Below are positions 12,651 to 23,721 of a DNA stretch of 64,000 bases, in pieces; the stretch's first letter is position 1; every line of letters starts with the position of its first letter. The position numbers were made by a program, and so were the translations under genes. The stretch is from the NCBI GenBank assembly GCA_013265495.1, contig MU057887.1, positions 2,203,576-2,267,575 on the forward strand, read 5' to 3'. This stretch comes from Vicugna vicugna (lineage: Eukaryota). Under the pieces are notes generated by a model, which saw nothing but the letters and a program-made list of their open reading frames with translations, was not told the origin of the DNA and ran no database searches.

Positions 12651-14819
12651 TTCTCCTGTGTCGCTACGTGCAGTTGCTCTTACTTGTGAGGAGATGCTCA
12701 GATACCCGCCTCCTTCCAGGAGCTCAGACGCGTGGACAGGGTGAGTTATCTGGGCACATACTCGGTTCAGAGCTTCTTTACAAAAGGAGAGGAAAAGCTA
12801 ATCTCCCTGTGACGGGAATTTCTCAGCCTTCTTTGGATGCAACCCGTGCTGAGAGGTGCCAGCAGCGGAGTGTTAGAAACAAGAGCGTGCAGGGCCCCAG
12901 ACCTGGTGTCCGGCTCGCCATCTCGGGTGTGCTGTGGAAGCGTCCAGCTGTGGGGAGGGGTGAGGCCGGCCCAGAAATGTGAGGGCAGGGCCTTCTGCTG
13001 ACCTGGCGCTGGAGCTCAGTCTTGAGAAACAAAGGAGTTTCTGGGTGAGTGCATCAGATGAGGGGACACCCGGCTGGACCCCAGGCACGCCGCAGAAGGC
13101 CAGGGTAGGAGAGCCCGGCATCAGTGCAGCTTCTCCTAAGAGCCAGCTGCAGACCCTGTGCGAGGCCGGCTGGGGGGTGGGCCGGTCCACGGATCCCACG
13201 GTCCTGGCAGCACCCTGTGGACCTTAGATACGAGGGTGAGTCCCAGGGAGGCAGGCTGGAGAATCAGTTCAAATCCACTCAGTCTGTCCCTCCTTCATGC
13301 CATCAACAAAGGGAGAGCCTGGGTGGAGCCCCTGAGAAGTGAGCTGGGCCAACGTCAGACCCCCTCCTGTCCCTGCGACCCGAAGCCTGGTGTCCCAGGT
13401 GTCCCAGGCAGGCCAGGAGTGCGGTTCTGAGATGTTGACAGAGAGACACTCGCCCCTGTGACTGTCTCAAGGGGCCAAAGAAAATGAAATGGCCCATTTG
13501 TACTCAAAGATTTCAGAACGTGAGTGCTCTCCTAAATCGCCCTGCACGGAGCGCTTCCACAGGGCACGAGGGGAGGAATCTCCTGGCCCGCATCCCGCAG
13601 AGCGGGGGTCGGGGAGGGCACGTCAGTGAAGGTACAGGGTTGAGACGCTCCTCTCAGCTGCTCCCGTCCCCGGGCCACTGGCTTCAAGTAGGATCCCCGT
13701 CTCCTCTCCGAACATGAGAGATTTCAGGGAAATTTGCGTGGCTGAGCGCCCGGTCGGCCCCGGCTCCAGCAGGGCGGCCCTGAGCCCGGCCCTCCACCTC
13801 TGGCCCCATCCCGGTGTCGGCACACAGGTGAGAGGTGGGTGAGTCATTGTCTCCGCTGGAATTTAGGTCGGGCCCTGAGCCCCGCTCTTTAATTCTGGGT
13901 GAGTCAGGAGAAGTTGAGAGGTGAACACCCGTGTAATGGGAGCACGATTTATTGCTGGTGTGAGTCATACTTGAGGTGCATTTAAAGGGAGAAAAAAACC
14001 CAGGATGGGGGAAATTGAATTAACTCACTACAGAGCTCAGTTAAAATGCAGTGAGGCTGGGAGGGAGCTGGGGGGCGCTGGACAGAGCAGGGGGCTCGCC
14101 CCTGATCAGACAGGTGGTGAGCGAGCGGGCAGGTGGGGCCGGGGCTCAGGAAGCCGGCGGGCGGGCTGCAGCGGAGCCGAGAGCACCCGGGGGGATCTGG
14201 CATCACATTTCTGGATCCTCTGGAGGTTCTGCGTCCTTTGCTCCGTGTTTCCATGTTGCATAGCTGATCTTTTCCACGGGACTTCAGTGTTGACACTATC
14301 AATTTCTCTCTGGAGACAAGAAAACTGAGGGAAAGAGGAAATCACTTACCTGGGCCACAGAGCTCACAGGCGAAGAGCTCAGCATTGCTGAGGGACGTCC
14401 CCCTCAGAGACCTGGCTCTGTGCATGCCCGGTGGGCTCCCGCCTTCCCGCTTCGTTCTCTCAGTTCTTCCCGGGCACTTGTGTGGTCGTCTCATTGAAGT
14501 CCTTTCCCACCTGTCCCTCTGTGAGAGCTAACCCGTTACCTCCTGGCCTGGGCTCTGAACTGCTCCTGTTGTGACAGGGACAGTGGGAGGCCGTGGGAGC
14601 TCTGAGCTGTGTGGTGCCACCTCCTGACCCAGGCACCTCGGGAAACAGCAGAGTCCAGCCGAGACCACTGAGGTGTTGGGCCCTGATGGACTGGAATTCG
14701 AGTCTTGGCCCCTCCACCCACAAGGGTTAGTTGTGGTCCAGAAATGGAAGCTCCCTGAGCCCCAGTTGGCTCACCTATAAAAGGATGATGATTGTAGAAT
14801 AAGAATTAATAATATAATA

Positions 14820-15495
14820 CTATGGATAACAGTATGGCGAGTCCTTAACAAACTAAAAATAGAATTATCGTTTGATCCAGCAATCCCGCTCCTGAGTACA
14901 GATCTGGAGAAACTTTAACTTCAAAAGGTACATGCATGCAGCCATGCGTGTAAGATACATGAAAGCAACCTAAACATCCGTTGACAGATGAATAGATAAA
15001 GAAGTTGTGAGACACACACACACATATATACACACAATGGAGTATTACTCAGCTATGAAAAAGAATGAAATAATGCCATTTGCAGCAACATGGATGGACC
15101 TGGAGATCATCAAACTAAGTGAAGTAAGCCAGTTAGAGAAAGACACATATCATATGATATCACTTATATGTGGAATCTAAAAAAATGACATGAGTGAACT
15201 TATATGTAAAACAGAAAAAGACTCAGACATAGAAAACAATCTTATGGTTATTACGAAGGAAAGGAGTGGGTAGGAGTCTGGGATTTGCAGATACAAAATA
15301 CTCTATGCGGAATAGATAAACAGCAAGGTCCTACTGTGCAGCACAGGGAACTATATTCAATACCCTGTAATGGCCTATAATGAGGAAAAAACATGAAAAG
15401 GAATATATACGTGCGTAACTGAATCACGATGTTGTACACCAGAGACTAACACTACATTGTAAATCAACTCTATTGCGATAATAAAATAATAAAAT
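14820..15495 (+). mobile_element. Relatively young artiodactyl-type L1, 5'-truncated 3' end, inserted in a MIR
   Basis: gccatttgcagcaacatggatggacctggag and aacagcaaggtcctactgtgcagcacagggaactatattcaata...cattgtaaatcaact; A-rich tail; MIR-like sequence on both flanks. Confidence 0.85.
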
Positions 15496-16655
15496 GATAT
15501 TACCGCCGTAAGGACTTTGCACTCCACGTGTCCTTCTGCGGCCTGGCTGGGTCCCACACGCACCTGCACCATCAACCCCGGTCCAGGAGGGGGTGTGACC
15601 CCCGTGTGCAGCTGACACAGCTGAGTCTCAGGCAGGCTGACGCTGTCCGTGTCCCCACGGAGCCCTGGTGGAGGGGGAGGGAAGCCAGGATGCCCCCTGT
15701 CCTGGGGGCAGGGCACCCACCTCCCAGGGGCTGGGGGCTCAAACAGGGTGGTGAGCGCGCATGCGCTCTCTGCGTGCAATGAAAAATACGTGACTGACAA
15801 ACGTAGCTGGCGGCGCTTCTCAGCCTCCGCCAGACTGTCTCAAACCCCGGGCGCCGTGTTAAAATGCACGATGTGGCCTCGGCCAGGGTGGCCTCTGAAA
15901 CTGCCCTTCTAACCGCGTCCAGCCGGAGCCGTGCTGTGGGGAGGGGGGTCTCTGTGAGCCGGGCGTTCCTCATGTGACATGTGATACGTGAGTTGTTTGG
16001 GCTAATTCCGGGGGCTGCGGACCGGGAGGTAACGGGCCATCTCTGCAGAAGGTGGCCTTGGGTCATCCCCCCACCTGTCAGCTTTGCCCTGCCCAGAGCA
16101 AATGGTCACCGCTGCCCAGGCCTTCCAAACTCTCCCTTCGCACCTCATCCTGGATGCGCAGACCCCATCCCACCCTCCTCACGGGGCCGGCTCTGGGAAC
16201 CGGGCAGAGCTCTCTGCAGCCGCCCGCCCGGGGGCAGGGAGGCCTGGGAGGACGGCCGGGGGTCCCACCACCCTCCCTGGGGATCAGTGGGGCGGGGCCG
16301 GCGGATGCTTTTCAAGTGCATCCCCCCGGGCTGCTTTGTCCTGCCAGGCTCCTGCCCCAACTTACAGAGAACCCGGGCTTCGCACCCATCCCGTCCAAGT
16401 CAGGGGAAGACGCGTGTGTGCGTGTACGCGTGTGTGTAAACATGCCCGTGTGACGGCGCACAGGGGCCTGAGAGCCGCCCCTGCCCACACCTGTGCAGGA
16501 GCAGGAGGATGATCTCTCGGGAGTTTACAAGTGTCTTTCTTCATTCCCTGCTCTGGTGACTGCGAGTCAGTCCATATCCCGCCCGAGGAGAGCAGTGCAG
16601 TGTTTGCTTCCTTCCCCCCTTCCCTCCTTCCCCACTTCCTTCCTCCTGTGCTTAC

Positions 16656-16785
16656 TAGCCTGGAGGTTTACTCAGCGCAACTGCTGTTTTATTTTTTGAA
16701 ACAAAATAAATGTTCTTTGCTTTTCTCCATCCCCACTAATTGTGATTTATATGAGTTTAAAAGTCTTCCGTTCCAGCATTTATAT
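16656..16785 (-). pseudogene. Pseudo-exon: amphipathic helix/coiled-coil segment after GNAT domains
   Basis: Acceptor cctaagatttacggcttccag, donor |gtaagc. Reads YKCWNGRLLNSYKSQLVGMEKSKEHLFCFKK*NSSCAE*TSRL. It is an AT-rich island in GC-rich surroundings. Confidence 0.45.
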
Positions 16786-16822
16786 CTGGAAGCCGTAAAT
16801 CTTAGGAGGTAGCTTTATCTCA

Positions 16823-16903
16823 GCCACACACACATACACACACACCACACACACCCCATCTCACACACACACCCCACCTCACACACACACCCCACATCAC
16901 ACC
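16823..16903 (+). repeat. CA-rich low-complexity/short tandem repeat (~18-bp unit cacacacaccccacctca)
   Basis: Directly visible, about 3-4 imperfect copies. Confidence 0.8.
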
Positions 16904-17129
16904 CCTCTTAATCCCAAAGCTGTTCCCCGGGTCTGCACTCCTGCTCTTTCCAGAGCAGGCGGGAAGCAGAGAACATGTTGATGCCATTTTGAGATGGGAA
17001 GGTGAGACCACATACTGGCAGCCCCATGGCTGGGATACAAGCCTCCAGATCCAGACTTTTTTCTCTCTGCCCAGAAATCTGGCCTAGAACTGAAGGCGGG
17101 GTCAGTGGTTTCTCATTAACAAACGCGAT

Positions 17130-17321
17130 CCAGCTTCAGCCTTCACCTGATTGGACGAGGCCCACCCACACCATGGAGGGCAATCTGCGCTTCTCAAAGT
17201 TTACTGATGACAGATGTTAATCACAGCTGAAAAATATTTCACAGTCACACCTAGACTGGTGTTCAACCAAACGTCTGGGCACCACAGCCCAGCCAAGCTG
17301 TCACATGGAAAGAACCATCAC
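17130..17321 (-). mobile_element. MLT2 (MLT2D-like) LTR 5' part
   Basis: Reverse complement begins tgtgatggttctttccatgtgacagcttggct...gtgggtgggcctcgtccaatcag. Confidence 0.75.
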
Positions 17322-18240
17322 AATGTGTGCAGCCCTTGGGACAGTGCCACGCTGACAGGGCAGACGCCGTACTTTAGGGATTATTTGTAGCTGTCACCGA
17401 GGGAATGCTCCTTGCCTACTGAGTTGTGTAAGAGCCTTAATCATTTAAAGTGTTCAAGGAATCAGGCCACTGACATTGAGAACCGAAAACAAACTGTGCA
17501 CACTATTGTCGAGTATTTCAGGACGACCAAAGTCTTGCTGAAGAAAGCAATATTTAGTCTTGATCACGCACTCATTAAAGTCCCTCCTGGTCCTGATTTC
17601 TATGATTCCATTGTTTTATGAGGCTTTTTAAACACAAAGCTGCATTTTGGTGTACTAAACAAAGGAAACCTGTGAGATTATAAACACGTGTGAAGATTTC
17701 TACGTGGAAGCATTGCTTTTGCGAGTCTGTGCTCCAGCGTGGGCACACATGGCCCCCCGGCCGGAGCTTCTTCCTCCCGACGCTGTGATGCCCGTCTGTG
17801 AGGATGAGCAGGGGGACTCGTCCAGAAATCCTGTTTGCATGTGAAGCAGTGCCTCACGGAGCTGGTTTTTCTGCAAAGATAAAACAACTGCCAGGGACAT
17901 GGGTGGAGATCCTTGTGACTTTTCTCTTTCAGACTTCCAAAAATGTTGAACAAAATCAGCAATATTGGTACATTTGTTATACTTTTCCATCCTGTTTGTT
18001 CAGAGAAACTACTTTTTCTCGCCCTAATCACTGCACAGGGAAACTTCCACAGCAGGCTTTCCCGGAGGAGAGTGAAGCTGGCAGCGTGTGTCTTTCTGCG
18101 TAGCTGCGGACGACCCTCGGAGGCTGGTGTGGGAGGAGTGGGCGTTTCTAACCAGCCAGACGGGGCTTCAGAATATATAAAGCCACTTGGGAAGTATTAC
18201 TTATTATTGCTGAAAGCATTGCATATACTTAGAGTAAAGA

Positions 18241-18360
18241 AGGGGAGTGGGGAGCGCGTGGCTAGCAAGGACAAGGTCCTGGGTTCAGTCCCCAACACCT
18301 CTGTTAAAAATAAATAAGTAAATAAATCTAATTACCTTCAAATTTTTTAAAATAAAGTAA
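18241..18360 (+). mobile_element. Camelid tRNA-derived SINE (Vic-1-like)
   Basis: ggggag...aggtcctgggttcagtccccaacacctctgttaaaaataaataagtaaataaatctaattacc: B-box-like head plus the characteristic ctaattacc tail. Confidence 0.75.
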
Positions 18361-18441
18361 ATTAATGCTTGCTAATGTTGGACAAAATTTAATTGAAAAA
18401 GATTACCAGTAACTGGTACGAATTTCATAAATATATCTTAC

Positions 18442-18693
18442 ATATTTGAATGACTTCCTCATTCAGATTACGTTCCTTGACGCAAGATGAGGCAATATGA
18501 TGTTTTCCTAACTCCGAAACTCTCATATAAAATGGATGGAAATACACCAGTACACTTTGGAGGGCTTCTCAAATTCCCCATACTTATGCAGAAATGGGTA
18601 GGCTTCTGTGTCCTTTTGGAAGACAAAGTGGAAGAGCAAAAGCCCGCAGGCATTTTCCTGATAGCCCTTTGATACAGCAAAGAGATTTGAAAT
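18442..18693 (-). pseudogene. Pseudo-exon: second GNAT motif A/B region
   Basis: Acceptor gtagtttttaaag, donor |gtaaga. Reads ISNLFAVSKGYQENACGLLLFHFVFQKDTEAYPFLHKYGEFE then, after a frameshift near 18565, EALQSVLVYFHPFYMRVSELGKHHIASSCVKERNLNEEVIQI. Confidence 0.6.
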
Positions 18694-21039
18694 CTTTAAA
18701 AACTACGTATTTGTGTTAAGAAATAGTTGCGTTTTAGGCTGTGCACATTGAACACTGAGTAAATAATTATTTTACAGTTTTTTTTTTTGGCAGCTTACTG
18801 AGACACAGCTCTAACAAACTGCAAAGGGCGGATGGGACAAATCTAGTATACAAAAGCCAAGACTGTGGTTTTTCTCTTCTGTCAATTTCATCACGCACAC
18901 TTAGGAGAAATCTCAAATCATTGATGTAAAGGGCTGAGGTTGTTTAAAAGCACAAATACAGGTGGACAGATCTCTATCCATCTAGCTCCCCATCACCACC
19001 CACAAACACGCATTCCACAGAAGACCTGCAGGTGAATGCGGGGGACACCGGGTGGACCGTGTGTGCCTTGCACACAAGAGGGCTGTGACACTCAGCACAG
19101 GCCACTGAGAAGACGGAAGGTCCCAGCCGAGTACCTGAGAACTGAGGGTCCATGGGTCTGGTGAAACGAGCAGGTCGAGGCTGGAGTCAGGCGGCATGTC
19201 TGACACCGGCTCGCCTGTACCGATCAGAGCCCCCTGGGTTCCTGATGAACAACCCGCCATCTCCAGCGGCGTCTGCTGCGGGCAGGGGCTCGCTTCCCTA
19301 GGGCCCTGGAGAGGCCGGGCGCGCACGCAGGGGCAAGCAGCGCTGCCGGGTGCCGGCTTGGCTTCCCTGGGATGAAACCGACTTCCCGTGCCCTCCTAGG
19401 CTGAGGGCGCGCCTCCAGCCCCAGGGGCTCCTCAGACAGCGTGTGGTCGCAGGGAAGAAAGCTGTGCCCGCACGGCCAGGTGCCAAACACGTGGCAGCCC
19501 ACGCAGGCCGCCCGCGGGCTCGCCTTGGTGTGCGTCCGGGAGGCGCAGGGCTGCTGACGGGCCGCACACCTGCGGGGCCCAGCGGGGGAGGTGGCGTTGC
19601 AACTCCCGTCCTGGCAGCGGCGGCACAGCCACGCCAAGACAAGAGGGGAGGGGCTGCGGGACAGCCCAGCCCCCGAGGCCAGGCCCCGCCACGTCGCAGG
19701 CCCAGCGCGCGCTTTGGCTGCGGGGGGTTAAAGGTCAGAGACCTGGGAGTGTAGACGTGAAGACGACACAGCCCTGCCATTCGAGGTGCTGCATTCCTAG
19801 GGAGAAGGCGTGTGAAAACTGCTCAGCACAGTGCTAAATGCTGGACAAAGTCCTCTGAGCTGACAGCACGGGGACCCGGGGCAGCCTCAGGAGCGCAGGG
19901 GCCCCCGGGGGCGTCCGGGCAGACGGAAGCTTGGGAGTGAGGGGAGTGGTGATCAGCCAGGTGGGAGGGCCGTGCCGAGGTGACAAAACACAACGAAACC
20001 TTAGGCACACAGCAGTACGTGTGCTCCCACGGTCCCCCCAAGAGCTGGTGGCCAGGGGCCAGGGCACATCCTTTATGCCGCCATCTGGGGACCGGCGCCC
20101 CTTCTGTGTCCGGGGATGGTGCCCTGCTCAGTGCGCGGCTTCAGAGGTGCTTTCTAGGGCAGGTGATGGAAGTGTCATGGCGTCACTGTTTCCCGTTGGT
20201 CAGAGGGAGCCCCGTGGCTCCACCCTCACACAGCGGGGCTCGCTGTGTGCCCAGAGGGGGAGGGCCCGAGAGGTGCTAACGCGCGGCATTATCTCTGGAA
20301 GACGAAGGCAGGCCATTTCAGGCAAAGGGGACAAATCAGGCAGAGACTCAGACAGGAAAGAGCCTGCGGTGGCAGGAGGGTGGCTGCTGTGTTTAGGGGG
20401 CGATGAGGACGGATGGGGCTGCGGGTGCAGAGGTTTGCAGGAGACAGAAGATGTGCAGCAAGTTGGCACAGAGCTGTGGGGCCCAGGAGGAGGGCTGGTT
20501 TGGATCCAGGCACCCTAATCCTGGAGAGGCAGGAAGGCGTGGCGCTGGAAGCGGTGAGGATTTTAGGAGCCAGTCACAGACGTTCTTGAAGGGAAAAAGG
20601 GGGTCTGGATTGGGGTGTCAAGACAGCGGCCACGGAGACAAGCGGATGGTTGAGAAATATTTCCAACCTGGGAGACAGACTGGAGGCTGGAACCTGCAGG
20701 GAGAGGTCGCTTAGGACTTGAGGAAGAGCAGCTGAGAGAATCAGTCCTGTTCCACCCCCAGGAACAACGAGGCAAGTAGCTGGAAAAAAGACACGTGGGC
20801 AGGACGCCGACGAGAGCAGCGCCTTTGGGCCACGGCTGGCGGCTGTTCGGGTCGGCCGGCTGGCTGGGCCCTGCCCCCCAGTGTTCACCTGTCCTCTGCT
20901 TCTGAGATGGCCCGTCATCCCTGTCACTGAGCGTGCAGTCCGTGCAGCACTGACTCCCGACTTCCCGTGTGTGGCTCAGACCCCCCTGTGCGCTCCAAAC
21001 GGCGGGCTGCAGTTGCCTCCTGGAAAATTCCGCTCGGAT

Positions 21040-21710
21040 GTCTCCCAAGCAGCGTTGGCTCAGTCTCTCGGAAACTTAACTCGGAAACGTCCCACCCAGC
21101 CGTTGGGGTGACCCCACCTCCCCAGCTGCTTAAGCCACAAACTCACGAGCGTGATTCACATTGACCGCTCCTTAAACCCTCGTGTCAGTTAATGACTAAG
21201 TCATGCCAGTTTCCTTCCTAAATCTCCCTTCTCCTCTCTTTGTCAGCTCTGCCCACAGTGTCCTTTAGCGTCCGTCACCAAGGCTGCTCCCCTGGGCTAC
21301 CTCTGCGTCCAGTCCCGCTCTCAGCCGGTGTGTTTTGCACAGTGCAGCCAGACCGATCCGTTAACAGTGCGACTTAACAACGCTGCCCCTGCCGTTCCTG
21401 TCTCAGGATCCCCCCCGAGGTTTCTGCCATGCCTCAGTTAAACGCCACGTTCTAACCTGGCCATATTGTGACACGATCTGATGCCAGCTGAGTCCTCCGT
21501 TTCTCTCTGAGTTTTCCTCCTGGCTAGGTGCCAGCAACAGGAGGACCATCTTCCACTTCCCTGAATGGCCCAGGCTCCTTCCGGCCTCAGACCCCTGGGG
21601 CGTCCCGGCCCACCTGTTTGCCATGCTCTGAAGCTCGGCACCTGTTTAACAGGACTCAGCTGAAATGCCACTTCCTCCAGAAAGCCACCTCTGACCCTCC
21701 GGACCGAGGT
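21040..21710 (+). mobile_element. L2 fragment
   Basis: ggatgtctccca...cagctgcttaagcca and ctcagctgaaatgccacttcctccagaaagcc. Confidence 0.6.
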
Positions 21711-22159
21711 GGGCCTAGTTCCTGCTCTTTTTTGACGTTATCCACTGACTTGCCGTTAAAAGCTCCAGGCATGAGTTTTGTTTGGAGAGATTCCTTTCCA
21801 TGGATGGTGACTTAGTAAAAGGACAGGGAGCGCATGTAACGTTCGCTATCACTGAACTTTAGAGTTTAAAACCAGGATTGCATATGAACGTGTTTAATAC
21901 GTATTTTATTTCGTATTTGTGGACTTAAAGGAAGACAATACAGAGATCTCATCTAGGCAGAACTAGCTGTTGCTTGTCTGCAGGAGACCTCGCAGGGGAC
22001 CAGGACTGAAGTTCGGACCCTGGCTGTTTTCACCGCCTTGTGAAGCTTCCGTCTTTGGGGGTTGCTGCGGGACTCGTGGGGGGCAGCAGGGCCGGGGCTG
22101 AGAGCGAGGGCTGGGGCTGAGGCGCCCCCGTCCCCATCCTCCCTCTGCTGGCCATCACC

Positions 22160-22330
22160 CACGGGACGTTTCTTTGCCTCGCTGAGCCTCACTTTCTGTG
22201 TGAATTGCGGGTAATGGTGGCACCTGCCCCGGAGCTTTGCTGTGAGGAGGAGATGCTAGGACGTGTTAAGGACCAACTCGACCTGTGCTAACCGGTTAAT
22301 CCACGTCACTCGCTACTGTGTTATAATCAT
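22160..22330 (+). mobile_element. MIR
   Basis: ctcgctgagcctcactttctg...ggtaatggtggcacctgcc...gctgtgaggag. Confidence 0.6.
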
Positions 22331-22450
22331 CGTCAGTCACGTTACTATTATACATACCAGATTCACAGGTAACTGTGCATGGATCAAAGTGTCAGTGAAT
22401 TAAATCACAATGAGAAATGCAATCACCCAGCAAGCTGGGAAATCCGGTAC

Positions 22451-22659
22451 CTGCCGTCTACGTGCAGCTGTTACAACTGTGACGTGCGATTTGAAGTTTT
22501 GATTTTGAAGCACCATCGTTAAAAATGAACAGAAGTGATCATCACGGTAATCACTTTTATTGTTTTAATCTGAGTTTAGTTATGGTATTGAACACCTTCT
22601 CTACAATGTTCTCTGAATCGAGTCATCTTCACATTTCTCATTTTAGTATCGCGGGAACC
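22451..22659 (-). pseudogene. Pseudo-exon: N-terminal part of second GNAT-like domain
   Basis: Acceptor cttgcccttcccag, donor CAG|gtaccg (phase 0). Reads LDSENIVEKVFNTITKLRLKQ/NNKSDYRDDHFCSFLTMVLQNQNFKSHVTVVTAARRRQ across a frameshift, and is phase-compatible with the exon starting at 18693. Confidence 0.5.
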
Positions 22660-22669
22660 CTGGGAAGGG

Positions 22670-23350
22670 CAAGTCCCCTCCAGCTAGGACAGTAGCAGTA
22701 ACAGATCATTCTTCCACTTAAAAACTTGAAGAGAAGGATACAAAGAAAGTTTGGGGGCATTAGAGAGACACAAAGATTTGAGGGCTAAGTTCCCAGAGGG
22801 AAGGAATGTGCAGAGAAGTGAAGCTAACAGGCTCCCCCATCCTCCCGAGGCACCGGCCAAATGTTAAGGATCTGAGACTGAAAGCCGCCGAAGGACCGAG
22901 GCTCCGGGCGGAGGTCTCGGTGACCGCACAGTGCTAGCCACGGAAGGTGGGTGCAGAACGTGCCCAGAAGGACAGACCTGGCAGGACCCCCAGCATCAGC
23001 TGCAACTTGATGTTGCAACTAAGTCAGAGACACACCACGGGCCATCTGGGCCAGAAAACATTTGAACCCCAGCCTTGAAGCCGCTCATAGCCTGACTGAA
23101 TTGAAGCCTTCTCCTCTTCCTAAATCGCTTGTGAGGGAACCAAGTGGAAATTTCCTGGGGGAAGATCACATTATAAAGAGATGCCAAAATTTCCACACAG
23201 GCGGCTGGGGCCAGTTTACAAACTAGCAGGTGTGTCAGCAAACAGGGACAAGGGAAAAATAGGAACAGACCCCTAGATGACCCGCATGGGGGAGGGACCC
23301 GACATGGAATTAAGACAACAAAGAACAGAAGGAAGTAGCAAAGAAAGCAG
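22670..23350 (+). mobile_element. Ancient L1M 5' region fragment
   Basis: Purine-rich sequence resembling old L1 5' UTR/ORF1 start (aaatttcctgggggaagatcacatt...aacagacccctagatgacc). Confidence 0.45.
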
Positions 23351-23721
23351 GTGACAGGGTGTCCCCGGAGCAGCCGGAACACCCAGGTTCTTGTGTTAAC
23401 TTCGCTTTCCATTGGTCTCATGCATGTGAGCAAGCGAGTTGCCCTCCAGAGCTCCAGTCGCTTGGCAGTTAGCTTGGATAATCACAGTGCACCTCGCAGA
23501 GGGTGTGGGCATGAAATGAGACCTTGGGACGTGCGCTCTGCAAACACAAGACGATCCTTCCAGTGGTCCCTGGGGGTCTTTGGGCTTCTGGGGCTTTCGT
23601 GTGACTCGCTAGTGCCTGCTGGGGAGTATGAGCAGGTGTCCCCTTCGGGCCTCCGTGTCCTGACGGAGCAGCTAAGACGTTCTTGTCTAGTCCACACCGT
23701 GAGCACTTAATAAAGGCTTAC

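Noticed and set aside
14190..14350. Apparent minus-strand acceptor/exon (REIDSVNTEVPWKRSAMQ...) and gtaagt donor
   Set aside because: The splice-like signals lie in a MIR fragment (gaaaactgagg...tcacttacctgggccacagagct) and there is no good downstream donor.
17412..17621. 69-aa plus-strand ORF with natural-looking composition
   Set aside because: Non-ATG start, no splice context, and its 3' end is a MIR-like tail (ttctatgattc).
18799..18899. 101-bp AG/GTAAG-bounded minus-strand segment just upstream of the second GNAT exon
   Set aside because: Its entry phase does not fit the phase-0 join 22451->18693, which already gives a continuous GNAT-like reading. Left unassigned, though it cannot be fully excluded.
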